Below, one piece after another: positions 62,969-64,000 of a stretch of 64,000 bases of DNA; within the stretch, counting starts at the first letter, position 1, and each line of letters begins with the position of its first letter. A model generated the notes under the pieces. The model ran no database searches. It had not been told where the DNA came from and worked only from the letters and a program-made list of their open reading frames with translations. Source of the stretch: an uncultured delta proteobacterium (GTDB lineage: Bacteria > Desulfobacterota > Binatia > Binatales > Binataceae); NCBI GenBank assembly GCA_963808235.1, contig CAWEEQ010000004.1:3200001-3264000 (forward strand). Reading direction: 5' to 3'. Both the position numbers and the translations under genes were made by a program.

Positions 62969-63142
62969 TCACGGCTCGTCGAGGACTCTGATCAGTTTCG
63001 AAGTGTACGCGACCAGATCCTGGCAACTCGCACACCTTACGGTCTGCACTTCATTCTCCTCCACGTGGATGGACATCGTTTTCCCGCCGCATTTCGGACA
63101 GGTCAAAACGTTATCGGCAGGATCTGAGTTCCCTGAATTCAT
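62969..63142 (-). CDS. Small zinc-ribbon protein
   Basis: CPKCGG...CASC in 57 aa; starts 14 nt after the upstream stop. Confidence 0.6.
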   Translation of the reverse strand: MNSGNSDPADNVLTCPKCGGKTMSIHVEENEVQTVRCASCQDLVAYTSKLIRVLDEP

Positions 63143-63156
63143 CGCGGGCAGTCGGC

Positions 63157-63615
63157 TCAATCGTACAGTGCCCTGACTCGATCCTCGCACTGTCGATGTA
63201 GCGACTCGCATTCGCCATGACTCTGCTCGTCACAGCTGTGATGAGCGTCGTCACAGGCGCGATGCTGTCGCTCGCAAACCTCATGGGGCACGTCGCCCTC
63301 TCCGCTGGCCTCCTCACAATCCTGATGAGATGCTTCGCAGCGAGCATGCTGCGCTTCACATCGATTGTGCCAGTCGTCCTGACATTCCTTGTGTTCCATC
63401 TCGCACTCTCTATGCTCCCGGTCCCGGAGACGTTCCCTGTAATGGCCTGGCGGCGGCGGATGTTCCCCTGGCGGCGGAGGCTCCCCGGAGTCTTCTGGCG
63501 GTGGCGGCGGCTCCCGGTAGTGGTCCGGCGGCCCCGGTTGCGCGCGAGCCTTCATAGCCGGCCAGAGCCCCAGGAGTAGAAACATCGCGATCATCACGAT
63601 CTGGGCCTTCCTCAT
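63157..63615 (-). CDS. Secreted His/Cys-rich protein with ten HxxC motifs
   Basis: GGAGGA RBS, signal peptide ending ARA, Pro-rich linker, regular HxxC repeats. Confidence 0.8.
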   Translation of the reverse strand: MRKAQIVMIAMFLLLGLWPAMKARAQPGPPDHYREPPPPPEDSGEPPPPGEHPPPPGHYRERLRDREHRECEMEHKECQDDWHNRCEAQHARCEASHQDCEEASGEGDVPHEVCERQHRACDDAHHSCDEQSHGECESLHRQCEDRVRALYD

Positions 63616-63705
63616 ACGAATCCTCCGTTCGCAGAATATCCGCGAGATGATTGCACGCCCAAAGCCGGCTTCAGAAATGCTCAATGAAAGTAACTCATAT
63701 CAGGA

Positions 63706-63734
63706 TTGACAGCGGGACGGGGGTGCCCTAGCGT
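63706..63734 (+). promoter_or_regulatory. Sigma70 promoter candidate for ffh
   Basis: TTGACA-17 bp-TAGCGT. Confidence 0.6.
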
Positions 63735-63815
63735 GGGCGGTTTGCTAGTCTATTTATCTGGCACTTAGCGAGCGGAGCGTCCTCATCTCTACCTGCAGTA
63801 ACCGGCTTTTCATTT

Positions 63816-64000
63816 ATGTTTGATACGCTCAGCGACCGCCTCGAAGGCGTCTTCAAAAAGCTCAAAGGCCAGGGCCGAATCACCGAGCGCAACATCGAGG
63901 ATGCGCTTCGCGAAGTCCGGCTCGCGCTGCTCGAAGCCGACGTCAACATCAAGGTAGTCCGCGATTTTATCGAGCATGTGCGGACCAAGGCGCTTGGGCA
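63816..64000 (+). CDS. ffh: Signal recognition particle protein (5' part, runs off window)
   Basis: [24 protein letters not shown]...[15 protein letters not shown]. Confidence 0.95.
   Translation, partial: MFDTLSDRLEGVFKKLKGQGRITERNIEDALREVRLALLEADVNIKVVRDFIEHVRTKALG

Noticed and set aside
63630-63655. Third copy of the TGCAA-N15-TCGTTC motif upstream of the HxxC gene
   Set aside because: TGCAA is present on the minus strand, but the -10 position reads TCTGCG.

Overview
GC-rich bacterial chromosomal segment, mostly housekeeping: cstA, lexA, thiL, larB, ppdK, glyQS, glnB, plsY, tRNA-Pro(CGG), rpe, rlpA, rsmB-fmt-def, priA, aroCKB, lspA-ileS, comM and the 5' end of ffh. Acyl-CoA and lipid enzymes are interspersed. 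Gene style and one small-protein family suggest a soil Binatota-like organism (recollection, unverified). No CRISPR array, rRNA or intact mobile element was seen. Best leads: (1) a coupled luxE-like / luxC-like / class-III aminotransferase trio without luciferase, a candidate acid-to-aldehyde-to-amine pathway; (2) a T-loop-deleted mini-PII coupled to glnB behind a sigma54-type promoter; (3) an ECF sigma/anti-sigma locus with a repeated TGCAA-N15-TCGTTC motif in front of an RnfD-like + DUF2330 pair; (4) a secreted protein with ten HxxC motifs in mirror-symmetric spacing; (5) fmt apparently starting at ATC; (6) a 1.3-kb repeat-bounded island with att-like palindromes and an integrase relic. Five single-base frameshifts (priA, MFS, comM, DUF2330 x2) look like assembly indels, so single-base claims need read-level checking. 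All family calls come from motif recognition, not database searches.
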